Made by a program: the position numbers and the translations under genes. A stretch of DNA of 64,000 bases from Spartobacteria bacterium (lineage in GTDB: Bacteria > Verrucomicrobiota > Verrucomicrobiia > Chthoniobacterales > UBA6821), in contig CANKJN010000004.1 of assembly GCA_947482345.1 (NCBI GenBank), positions 234 through 64,233 on the forward strand. Reading direction: 5' to 3'. The notes beneath the pieces were generated by a model. The model was not told the origin of the DNA and made no database searches. It saw only the letters and a program-made list of their open reading frames with translations. Positions 19,051 through 27,488 of the stretch are shown in pieces (the stretch's first letter is position 1; each line of letters begins with the position of its first letter).

Positions 19051-19551
19051 TTATTCGGCAGGCGTTTCGACGGAGGCCGTTGCGAGGGCAGCGATCCCTT
19101 CTCCGCGTCCGAGGAAACCGAGGCACTCGTTGGTCGTCGCCTTGACTCCGACCCGTGACGAGTCGAGCCCCAGTGATCCGGCGATGCGCTCCCTCATCTG
19201 CTGGACGTAGGGACCTATGCGCGGTTCCTCCGCAACCAGCGTGGAGTCGACATTGATGATCCTGGCCCCCGCGTCGGCGAGGATCCCCGCGACGCGGCGC
19301 AGGATCTCGAGGCTTGAGATGCCGCGGATGGAGGGATCGGTGTTAGGGAAATAATGACCGATGTCCTGGAGCCCCGCTGCGCCGAGCAGTGCGTCGGCGA
19401 TCGCGTGGCAGAGAACGTCGGCATCCGAGTGACCGGAAAGCGTGAGCCCCTGCGGGTGCTGGAATTTCACGCCTCCAAGGATGAGGGGTCGGTCGGACCC
19501 CGCCACCTCGAGTCGATGGACGTCATAGCCGATGCCGCTGCGTGTGATCAT
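19051..19551 (-). CDS. ispF: 2-C-methyl-D-erythritol 2,4-cyclodiphosphate synthase
   Basis: GIGYDVH, GHSDADVLCHAIADALLGA, VKATTNE.LGF.GR.EGIAA. Confidence 0.96.
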   Translation of the reverse strand: MITRSGIGYDVHRLEVAGSDRPLILGGVKFQHPQGLTLSGHSDADVLCHAIADALLGAAGLQDIGHYFPNTDPSIRGISSLEILRRVAGILADAGARIINVDSTLVAEEPRIGPYVQQMRERIAGSLGLDSSRVGVKATTNECLGFLGRGEGIAALATASVETPAE

Positions 19552-19553
19552 GG

Positions 19554-19590
19554 ATTTGGGAGATGGTAGCTAGGAGCTAGGAGATGGGGA
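19554..19590. repeat. GATGGG(T/G)/CCCCATC heptamer arrays (family E); also 38584-38606, 41121-41137, 43486-43499, 53712-53765
   Basis: Short tandem arrays such as GGTGATGGGTGATGGGG and CCCCATCCCCCATCCCCCATCCC in intergenic gaps. Confidence 0.55.
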
Positions 19591-19698
19591 GACTGCAAAG
19601 ATGCATCTGAAAGCTGGAAGGCGGGAAGGTCTGTGGTTTCTCTGTTGATTGATCCTACAGGTTTATCTTTCTCTGCGCCTCTGCGCCTCTGCGCGAGA

Positions 19699-20454
19699 TT
19701 AAAGATGATCGAAGGGGATGCCGCCGCCGCAGGCTACGCAGGAGTATTTGTCGGGAACGGAATCGTGCGGCCTGAGGTCGACCTTACCCCCGGCCAGTTC
19801 CACCATGAGCATTCCGGCGGCGATGTCCCAGAGGCTGATCTGGCTCTCGATGTAGGCGTCGAGCCGGCCGCTTGCGACATAAGCGATGTCGAGCGCGGCG
19901 CTTCCCATCATCCGGGTCTTGCGGGCGGACCGCATCATCTGACCGAGGATGGGGAGTCCCTTCTCGATCGAGGACTCGGTCTTGGAGACACCGACGGCGA
20001 CGATCGCATCGGCAAGCTTGGTGCGGCCGCTGACGCGGATGGCCCTGCCGTTGAGCGTAACGCTCCCGGTCGCGCGCGAGGCGACCCAGAGTTCGTCGGT
20101 CATCGGCTGATAGATGACGCCCGCAGTGATGACGCCGTTGCGGCGGTGGGCGATGGAGACGGCGAAGTGGGGGATGCCATAGAAGAAGTTCACGGTGCCA
20201 TCGATCGGGTCGATGATCCACTGGTCGGCGGCCTTCTGGTCTCCGCGGATTCCCTCTTCGCCGTAGATGGCATGGTCGGGAAAGATCCCGAGGATCAGCG
20301 ACTCGATCAGCGCTTGGGAACGTCGGTCGAGTTCCAGCTTGATGTCGTGCGCCTCGGCGGAATCGACGTTGAGTTCGCGCTCGAAGTGGCCGCGGATCAT
20401 GCCCCCGGCGGCCAGTGCCGCGTCACGCGCGGTCGTGAGAATCAGTTCGTCCAT
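19699..20454 (-). CDS. suhB: inositol monophosphatase family protein
   Basis: GEEG, WIIDPIDGTVNF, RMMGSAALD, WDIAAG. Confidence 0.9.
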   Translation of the reverse strand: MDELILTTARDAALAAGGMIRGHFERELNVDSAEAHDIKLELDRRSQALIESLILGIFPDHAIYGEEGIRGDQKAADQWIIDPIDGTVNFFYGIPHFAVSIAHRRNGVITAGVIYQPMTDELWVASRATGSVTLNGRAIRVSGRTKLADAIVAVGVSKTESSIEKGLPILGQMMRSARKTRMMGSAALDIAYVASGRLDAYIESQISLWDIAAGMLMVELAGGKVDLRPHDSVPDKYSCVACGGGIPFDHL

Positions 20455-20812
20455 CTGTGATTCAGTAGCGGAGTAAGCTGATGCGGTCGAGCAGGGAACT
20501 AAAGATACACGATCTCGCGCAGAGGCTCAGAGAAAGGATTAGGCACAGGGATCCGTAACGGATGCGCAGCAACGGCCGGGCAAGCCAAGGGGATGAAAGG
20601 GATTGTAAGAATGATCCTCGGGACGTTCATGGTAAAAAGGACTCGGTGGTGAGCATCCCTTTTACCCCCTTCATCCCTTTAAAAATTTCCCTTCATCTCC
20701 ATCCCTGTTTTGCTGGTGCGTTCCTTTCCGTACAAAAAAATTGGGGGAAGCGTTATTAGCGCTTCCCCCAAGTTTTAGCTCGTCGCCGAAAGGTTGTTCC
20801 GGCGGGAGGGAC

Positions 20813-21001
20813 TTACTTCTTCTTGGCGACGGCCTTCTTGACGGCTTTCTTTGCAGGAGCCTTCTTGACAGCCTTCTTCACGGTCTTCTTTACGGCCTTA
20901 ACAGCCTTCTTGACGACCTTCTTCACGGCCTTCTTGGCCGGAGCCTTCTTGACGGCTTTCTTTGCAGGAGCCTTCTTTGCAGCTTTTTTCTTAACGGGCA
21001 T
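20813..21001 (-). CDS. histone H1-like Lys/Ala-rich DNA-binding protein
   Basis: 62 aa built from KKAPAKKAV/KKAVK repeats; good RBS (GGAGG) upstream. Confidence 0.8.
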   Translation of the reverse strand: MPVKKKAAKKAPAKKAVKKAPAKKAVKKVVKKAVKAVKKTVKKAVKKAPAKKAVKKAVAKKK

Positions 21002-21048
21002 TTCAATCCACCTCCTTTTTTCCGCATGGGCGGCGTGTGTGAAAATAA

Positions 21049-21078
21049 TGTGAATAACTCACTGAGGAATGTGAATAA
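21049..21078. promoter_or_regulatory. two tandem consensus DnaA boxes (TGTGAATAA = TTATTCACA) upstream of the H1-like gene
   Basis: Exact 9-mers at 21049-21057 and 21070-21078, 21 bp apart. Confidence 0.5.
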
Positions 21079-21160
21079 GTCGTCGCGTGTGATGCGTCAA
21101 CGGATTTTCCAAAAAATTCTTGCTCTTTTTTCCGCGGACCCGCGCGCGAAATTTTTCCGT

Positions 21161-21724
21161 TCAGTGCTCCGCGAGGATTTTTTCCGCATGCGCAACAATC
21201 TCTTCGATCTCCGCAAGCCGTCCCGTTCCCTCGTACCCGCACGCGAGCATGCCCTCCGCAGGCCCAACGAATGAGGCGCCGCGGTTCATCAGCGTCTCCG
21301 CGTTCGTGCGCGTGGCGGCATGCTCCCACATCTTTCCGTTCATGGCCGGCGCGATGAGCAGCGGCGCGCGCGTCGCCAGCGCGACGGCTCCGAGCGCATC
21401 GTCGGCAAAACCGTGCGCGAGCTTCGCGATGGCGTCGGCGCTCGCGGGCGCGACAAGCAGAAGGTCGGCGCGATCGGCAAGTTCGATGTGTCCCGGCTTC
21501 CACCCTCCCTCCTGCTCCTCGGAGAGATCGAGGAGAACGGGATTACGCGAAAGCGTCGCGAGCGTGAGCGGCGTGATGAACCCCGCGGCGGCGCGCGTCA
21601 TGACGACGAAGACTTCATGCCCATTTCTGCGGAGCTGACCGGCCAACTCTGCCGCCTTGTAGGCGGCGATCGATCCGGTCACCCCGAGGATGACCGTGCG
21701 GCCGGAGGAGGAGCGATCGCTCAC
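21161..21724 (-). CDS. coaC: phosphopantothenoylcysteine decarboxylase (stand-alone CoaC flavoprotein)
   Basis: GVTGSIAAYKA, HIELA, APASAD, PAMNGKMW, LACGYEGTGRL; no CoaB domain follows. Confidence 0.88.
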   Translation of the reverse strand: MSDRSSSGRTVILGVTGSIAAYKAAELAGQLRRNGHEVFVVMTRAAAGFITPLTLATLSRNPVLLDLSEEQEGGWKPGHIELADRADLLLVAPASADAIAKLAHGFADDALGAVALATRAPLLIAPAMNGKMWEHAATRTNAETLMNRGASFVGPAEGMLACGYEGTGRLAEIEEIVAHAEKILAEH

Positions 21725-22371
21725 CGGGTACCCCCTGTCGTTGCGGATGGCTCGACGGCGGTCATGCGATGGCTGAGATAGCGTTCGGCTCGCATCACGG
21801 CGCGGAACTTCTCGATGTTCTCCTCCATCGAGCCGTTGATGATCGTGTAGCGGTAGTCGCGCCAGCACTCCATTTCCTTCGCCGCGTTGCGCATGCGGAT
21901 CTCCACCTGCTCATCGGTCTCGGTACCCCGGCGCAGGAGGCGGCGGCGAAGTTCCTCAAGATCGGGCGGCAGGAGGAAAACGTCGGCCAATGCCCGGAGG
22001 ATGAGCGGGTCGCCGCAGCCGCGGATATTGGCCGCCCCGCGGGTGTCGATGTCGAGCAGGACGTCGATGCCGTTGCGGAGATTCTCGAGTACGGGTCCCT
22101 TGAGGGTCCCGTAGTGATTGCCGTGCACCTCGGCATGCTCGAGGAACTCCCCCTTGGCGAGGCGCGCCGCGAAATCCTCAGGGGTGAGAAAGTGGTAGTC
22201 CTCTCCGTCGACCTCGCCCGAGCGCGGGGCGCGCGTCGTGCAGGAGACCGACCAGACGAAGTCCGGCTTCTGCCTGAGCGCCGTGCAGAGGGTTGTCTTC
22301 CCTGCGCCGGAGGGCGCGGAGATGACAAAGAGGATGCCGGTGCGGCGGAATTGCAGGGAAGGATTGCTCAC
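21721..22371 (-). CDS. gmk: guanylate kinase
   Basis: SAPSGAGKTT, SCTTRAPRSGEVDGEDYHF, GNHYGT. Confidence 0.96.
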   Translation of the reverse strand: MSNPSLQFRRTGILFVISAPSGAGKTTLCTALRQKPDFVWSVSCTTRAPRSGEVDGEDYHFLTPEDFAARLAKGEFLEHAEVHGNHYGTLKGPVLENLRNGIDVLLDIDTRGAANIRGCGDPLILRALADVFLLPPDLEELRRRLLRRGTETDEQVEIRMRNAAKEMECWRDYRYTIINGSMEENIEKFRAVMRAERYLSHRMTAVEPSATTGGTR

Positions 22372-22382
22372 GCGGGTTGCGG

Positions 22383-23267
22383 TTATTCCAGGTTGGCGAC
22401 TTGTTCGCGGATCCTATCAAGCTCCGCCTTGGATTGCACGACCCGTCGGGAGACTGCGGCATCACCCGCCTTGTTGCCGAGCGTGTTGAACTCCCGGAAC
22501 ATCTCCTGGGCCAGATAGTCGAGAGTGCGGCCGGCCGGCTCGTTCCCTGCCAGCGATTCGCGGCACTGGACGAAGTGGCTCTCCAATCGGGTGAGTTCCT
22601 CGGTGATGTCGCTTCGTTCCGCCATGAGAGCCAGTTCGCGGGCGAGCGAGCCGTCGTTCGGGGGAAGGGGAACGCCAAGCTCCTCCAGCCGCCCCTTGAG
22701 ATGATCGCGCCGCTGTTTCAGCACGGCGGGCACGCGTGCGCGGATCGCCTTCACCGCGGACTCCAGAAGCTTCACCCGCTTGAGCAGGTCGGCGACCAGA
22801 TGGCCCCCCTCCTTGCGCCGCATCGACGTCATGCGCTCGAGAGCCTGCGCCAGAGCACCCTGCACGGCAGGCCAGAGCGCGTCGGGCGAGGGGACCTCCT
22901 CGGCCGGGTTCCTCAGCACGCCCGGCGATTTCAGGAGTAGCTCGAGCGTCACCTCTCCGGGAAGCTTCAGCTCGTCACGGAGCGCTTGCAGGTCACGAAG
23001 GGCTCGCTGCGCCGCGGCCTTGTCGACCACCCCTGCCGGAATGGTGCCTGCCGTGCCGGCTTCGAGGGCGATGGTGGCATTGACCCTCCCGCGGCGGACA
23101 TGCTTCTGGATCTCCTCGCGCACACGCGGTTCCAGCGTGGCCAGCGGCTTGGGCAACGCGGCGGCGATCTCGATCCCCTTGCGGTTCACGGAGGAGCATT
23201 CGACGATGCATCTCCATCCCTCCGCAGAGGCCGTTCCCCGTCCATGTCCTGTCATGCTTTCCATCAT
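22383..23267 (-). CDS. yicC: YicC/YloC family endoribonuclease
   Basis: MESMTGHGR, SVNRK, DITEELTRL, GRTLDYLAQEMFREFNTLGNK, IREQVANLE; upstream of gmk. Confidence 0.92.
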   Translation of the reverse strand: MMESMTGHGRGTASAEGWRCIVECSSVNRKGIEIAAALPKPLATLEPRVREEIQKHVRRGRVNATIALEAGTAGTIPAGVVDKAAAQRALRDLQALRDELKLPGEVTLELLLKSPGVLRNPAEEVPSPDALWPAVQGALAQALERMTSMRRKEGGHLVADLLKRVKLLESAVKAIRARVPAVLKQRRDHLKGRLEELGVPLPPNDGSLARELALMAERSDITEELTRLESHFVQCRESLAGNEPAGRTLDYLAQEMFREFNTLGNKAGDAAVSRRVVQSKAELDRIREQVANLE

Positions 23268-26200
23268 CGTGAGGTGTTGTGTGGTTCGGTGTTCGTTGCG
23301 GCGTGGACGGGGGTGCTTCCTTCGGACCAGTTCCAGATCCACGGCGATCCATAGAAACCGAGCGCCCCCGCTTGATGGCTTTCGAGCCGCGAGGTGCTCC
23401 ATTCAGCGGCCTGCGTCGGAAAGACCATCACCTGCCTTGCCCATGCGGCTCCCTGAAGGATCGCCGCGGAATTCACCGCCTTCTCGCCGCGCTTGGGAAC
23501 GGGGCTGAGCAACGCCATCATCAGATCGGGTGCCGTGGTTCCCTCCGGTCCCGCGATCCCGCATCTGAGGGCGGAAGCGGGCCCAGCCGGCGTCACCGTG
23601 CAGAGACCCAGGCTGGTGATGCCGAAGGCAGGTTCGGCTTCAAAGCGTTCGCCGCCCTCGCCGAGGAGGAGCTTGGCTTCAGGCAGATGGAAGGTTCCCG
23701 AGGGTAGGCGTAGGGTCTGGTTGATCGCCGTGACGCTACCGGTGATCTTGGGCGAATTGGCCGACCCCCTGACCATAAAGTCCGCCATGACAAGCGGGGC
23801 GAGGGTGAGGCTCTCTCTCTCGGTGTGGGGAAGCGCGGGCGTCTTCACGGCAAGATCGAGCTGCAGGTTGTCGAGCGAAGATCCCGGCGCCCCCTGTGTG
23901 GAAAAGGGGACGGGCGAGATCATCAGCCCAGGTGGTGAGAAGACCGGGGTGAGCTTGCGGCGCAGATCGAGGGCGGCGGGTTTCAGCGTGACGGTGCCGG
24001 CGAGCACCGGAGCGTTCGTTCCCTTGGACGCGAGTTGAAGGGCGGCCGCGGCAACCGTGTGGATTTCCGACCCGAGGGAAACCGGCAGGTCGTTCCCGTC
24101 CAGACTCCACTTCGCCTCGCTCTCCTGACCAAGGAGCGCAAGCGTTCCGGAAAGGGCGAGGGGCTTTCCCGCGTAGCTGGCCGAGCCGTTGGTCATGGTC
24201 ATCACGGGGCTTTTTCCATCCATGCGGAACGTCAGGTCAAGGTTCTGGAGTCTCGTCGGTCCAAAGAGAATCGCCTCGCGTGCCTTGATCACGAGCGAAC
24301 CCTCCAAGGTCGGCTTAGCGACAGTTCCCAAAAGTTTCACGTCACCCGTGGCCGTTGACTGGAGAAGGGGCACGGTTTTCTTTCCGTCCAGCAGGTCGAT
24401 CCATCCATCCAGAGGAACCTGCCGCAGTGTGGCGCTTGCCTCGATCGGTGCGGATTCGTCGGCAAGACGAAGGCGACCGTGGTCGATGGCAAGGTGAAGC
24501 GGCAGCGTGGCCTGGAGACGAAGCGGGGAATTCAAGGCGGGCTGCTGCTCCAACCCGACCGTGACGATGTGATTGCCGGTCGAGACGGCAAGGGTGAGAT
24601 CACGCGGTGCACCGCCTACTCCCGGCGAGAACTTTCCGATCCTGAGGGTTCCGTTGAGATCGGGTTCGGCAGGGGTTCCGGTCCCGGCGATCGCCCCTTC
24701 CAGAGTTCCGGTGAAACCTGCCTGCTGACCAAGGAGGTCAGCGAGCTCCTCAGCCTTGATCCCGCGGAAGAGCATGTTCATGGACACGGGTGAATCCATG
24801 GCGAGCGTCCGGAGCGCATCGCCGCTCTCGCGGAAATCATCCGGATCAACGGGCAACGAGAGGGAGCCCTCGAGCAGCGGCTTTGGTTTTCCGGGACGCG
24901 TCGCCTTGATCGAGGAGGCCGTGATGTTCCCATGGGTGGCTTTCAGCTGCATGGAAAGCGTGAGGTCCCCCTGGAAGAAATCCGCCTTCGAAAGCTCCAG
25001 GCGGCCCGGCGTGTAGCTCCCCTCGAAGCGACCCGACATGCCGGCCTTGGTACGGCGGCTCACCCAGTCCGAGACGCTTGCTTGAAAAGTGCCCGTGTGG
25101 TTGGTGGTGCTTGTCTCCCCCTCTCCCTGCCAAGTGGCCCGGAGCGCGCCGCCACCGATCGCCGGAGGGGTCGTGATGCCTAGTTGTGCAAGGCTCTTGG
25201 TGAGATTCTTCACGGCCACGTCCGCCTTTGCGGTGTAAGCATGCGGCCTGCTGTTGGCCACTGTTCCCTCGGCCACGATCCGGTCTCCCCCCGCGCTTGC
25301 CTCGAGATAGGCGAGTTGGGTTTTCTCTCCCTCAAAGAGGATGCACCCCTTCATCCAATCGACGCTCAGGTCGCGGAGGCGCGTTTCGCTTCCCATGAAG
25401 TTGCAATAGCCCTCCGCTTTGTTGTCGGCACCGCGAAGTTCTCCCTCGAAGGAGAGACCTCCACCGAGCGGGACCAACTCCGGCCCGGCGAGGGCGGCAA
25501 GCGTCCCAGCATCGGCAAGCGTCGCGCGGAAGGTGCCGCTGAACGGCGCGCGCAGGATGGCGCGCCAGTCCGCGGGAAGCCTGCTCTGCCCCTCGGCCTC
25601 AAGCTCGTTGTCGCCCTGACGCAGGAGCATTTCTGAAAGCGTGAGTGTGTGGCCTGTCAACGTGGCCGCGATACGGAGCGACTCCCAGCCTTTGCCCTCC
25701 CAACGGAAATTCGTGGCTACCAGCCTCAGCGCGCTATCCGCATCCAACGGCTTGCCGGGATCGCCACGGAAAGTGAAGCGAGCCTGCTGGATCGTTCCCG
25801 TCGCGCGGTTTTCATCCTTCATCAATCCCGAGAATGCCTCCAGTCCGAGTCGTTCCCCGACCAGTGTCACCTCGAGCCATCCGGCCGTGCCCTTGGTGCC
25901 GAGGGAGCCGTCCCCCCGGAGAATTCCCTTGCCGATCATCCCGTGAAGTCCGAACTCCAGTCGCTCATCCAGCGGTTTAAGTGTCAACTCTTGGAGATCA
26001 ATGCCCTCACCCAGACCCATCTCCCCGATTCGCAGCGTTGTTCCGTCCCAGAATGCCGGGGCGGATCCCTTCGGTATCGTCCTGTGCCAGCTCCCCATAT
26101 CGGCCGTCGAATCGCTGAAGGTGATCCTGCCGGGCCAGCGGAAAGGGAGGCGCAGATAGAGGCCGTTCGCTGCGAGACGTCCGCTCTCACCGACCATAAC

Positions 26201-26719
26201 CGTGTCGACGGGCCCGGCGGTGAACGCTTCGGGCAGGAGAGCATGGTTGGATAACGACGGCAGGGCAGGAAGGTGTTTTGTGTGGGAGGTTTTCTCTCCC
26301 TTCGGTGTCGCGCGAAGATCAACCAGCAGCCTGGATTTACCCGCCATCACATCGCGGAGGATGCGATGCTCCCCGCCTGCGCCGTGAAAGATCAGACGCC
26401 AGGGCGAGTTGATGCTCAGGATCGCCCATTCGCATTTCAGGGAACTCCTGTGCTCCTTGGGTCCGAAGCTCCACTCGATGCCACGCAACTCCACACCCCC
26501 GTTTCCAGCGAGGTGCATTTTCTCCACATGGACTCTCTCCCCCCGCTGCCAGCTCGCCGCGACCAACGTCGCGCGGATCACCCCGCAAATCAGCTCATCG
26601 GCGAAAAGCCATCCCGCGATCAGCAGCGCGATGATGCCAAGCGTGGTCCAGGCCGTCGGTGTTCCCGAAAGAGCGGGTGGATGCTCCGCCTCATCATGGG
26701 TGGTGGGACTAAAAGGCAT
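23264..26719 (-). CDS. AsmA/TamB-like large periplasmic beta-taco protein
   Basis: N-terminal TM anchor followed by ~1100 aa of Gly-rich amphipathic beta strands (e.g. GTPAEPDLNGTL, GSANSPKITGSV). Confidence 0.65.
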   Translation of the reverse strand: MPFSPTTHDEAEHPPALSGTPTAWTTLGIIALLIAGWLFADELICGVIRATLVAASWQRGERVHVEKMHLAGNGGVELRGIEWSFGPKEHRSSLKCEWAILSINSPWRLIFHGAGGEHRILRDVMAGKSRLLVDLRATPKGEKTSHTKHLPALPSLSNHALLPEAFTAGPVDTVMVGESGRLAANGLYLRLPFRWPGRITFSDSTADMGSWHRTIPKGSAPAFWDGTTLRIGEMGLGEGIDLQELTLKPLDERLEFGLHGMIGKGILRGDGSLGTKGTAGWLEVTLVGERLGLEAFSGLMKDENRATGTIQQARFTFRGDPGKPLDADSALRLVATNFRWEGKGWESLRIAATLTGHTLTLSEMLLRQGDNELEAEGQSRLPADWRAILRAPFSGTFRATLADAGTLAALAGPELVPLGGGLSFEGELRGADNKAEGYCNFMGSETRLRDLSVDWMKGCILFEGEKTQLAYLEASAGGDRIVAEGTVANSRPHAYTAKADVAVKNLTKSLAQLGITTPPAIGGGALRATWQGEGETSTTNHTGTFQASVSDWVSRRTKAGMSGRFEGSYTPGRLELSKADFFQGDLTLSMQLKATHGNITASSIKATRPGKPKPLLEGSLSLPVDPDDFRESGDALRTLAMDSPVSMNMLFRGIKAEELADLLGQQAGFTGTLEGAIAGTGTPAEPDLNGTLRIGKFSPGVGGAPRDLTLAVSTGNHIVTVGLEQQPALNSPLRLQATLPLHLAIDHGRLRLADESAPIEASATLRQVPLDGWIDLLDGKKTVPLLQSTATGDVKLLGTVAKPTLEGSLVIKAREAILFGPTRLQNLDLTFRMDGKSPVMTMTNGSASYAGKPLALSGTLALLGQESEAKWSLDGNDLPVSLGSEIHTVAAAALQLASKGTNAPVLAGTVTLKPAALDLRRKLTPVFSPPGLMISPVPFSTQGAPGSSLDNLQLDLAVKTPALPHTERESLTLAPLVMADFMVRGSANSPKITGSVTAINQTLRLPSGTFHLPEAKLLLGEGGERFEAEPAFGITSLGLCTVTPAGPASALRCGIAGPEGTTAPDLMMALLSPVPKRGEKAVNSAAILQGAAWARQVMVFPTQAAEWSTSRLESHQAGALGFYGSPWIWNWSEGSTPVHAATNTEPHNTSR

Positions 26720-26805
26720 GGCGCTTCTTTTGTTACTGATCGCGGATTATGCCTGCAAGCGACCGGAAAGACCCGTGAAAAGAAGCCGCTTCCGGAAATC
26801 AGTCC

Positions 26806-26847
26806 AAAAAGATACAGGCCGCCGCACCATTTGGTACGACGGCCTGT
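26806..26847 (-). terminator. intrinsic terminator-like hairpin
   Basis: ACAGGCCGTCGTACC-AAAT-GGTGCGGCGGCCTGT plus U tract. Fully paired only on the minus strand (G-U wobbles). Confidence 0.6.
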
Positions 26848-26875
26848 TGTTCCCCCCAGAACAATCTTTCGATAA
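26806..26875 (-). ncRNA. candidate small RNA / structured leader of three abutting hairpins ending in an intrinsic terminator
   Basis: Minus-strand TTGCGG-N16-TAAGAT promoter just upstream. Hairpins ATCGAAAGAT, TGTTCTGGGGGGAACA and a 15-bp stem with two G-U pairs followed by ATCTTTTT. Confidence 0.4.
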
Positions 26876-27213
26876 GCAGATCTTATGGAAAAATGCTCCC
26901 GCCGCAAGCACTTTTTTCAAAAAAGTTCATTAATTTCGGTTTTAAGTGCTTCTAACCCAAGAAATTCTTTGGCGCCTCGCTGTTGGATCAAAGAGTAGCG
27001 CCCGATGAAACAGAAAAGAGAAACAACTTTGTTTTATGCAAGTTCTTAAAAGCGATCCTTGAAAAACTCAGCGACGTGGAATCCCTCTTTGCGATCGTTG
27101 CGTTCTTTGCGTGAAACTCATTCTGTGTCTTTTCCGGAACATTTCCCCACTTCCAATAGCGAAGAGCCAATTCTTTTCAAGTGGGGGTTGTCGGCAATCG
27201 GTGATGGGGTAAA

Positions 27214-27472
27214 GGGGTTAAAAAAGTTGGAAAGTTGAAGCGTTACGACCAAGGCTCTGGGAGATGCCGCGTAAGACTTCGACGATGTCGTAGTCCAAAG
27301 GGCGCCACCGCTTGGCGGAAGCAAGTGGCGTCAAGGTGGATCAAAACTGCACTGATCTGAGAATCGAGATGGCGAATTCAGAGAACTCGTCGCAGTAGCA
27401 AGGGCCAAAGATCCAAAAACAAGTTTTCCAATGCAGTCCCTTGTAACCCTATTAACGCTGTAACATTTTAAC
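27214..27472. repeat. dispersed ~260-300 bp element with GTTAAAA/GTTAC...GTAAC/TTTTAAC inverted ends; homolog at 38184-38499
   Basis: GAAGCGTTACGACCAAGGCTCTG (27237-27259) vs GAAGCGTTACAACCAAGGCTCTG (38200-38222), plus a shared GGCGTCAA...AAGGTGGAT. Confidence 0.55.
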
Positions 27473-27488
27473 TTCCTGAGGCCTTGCA

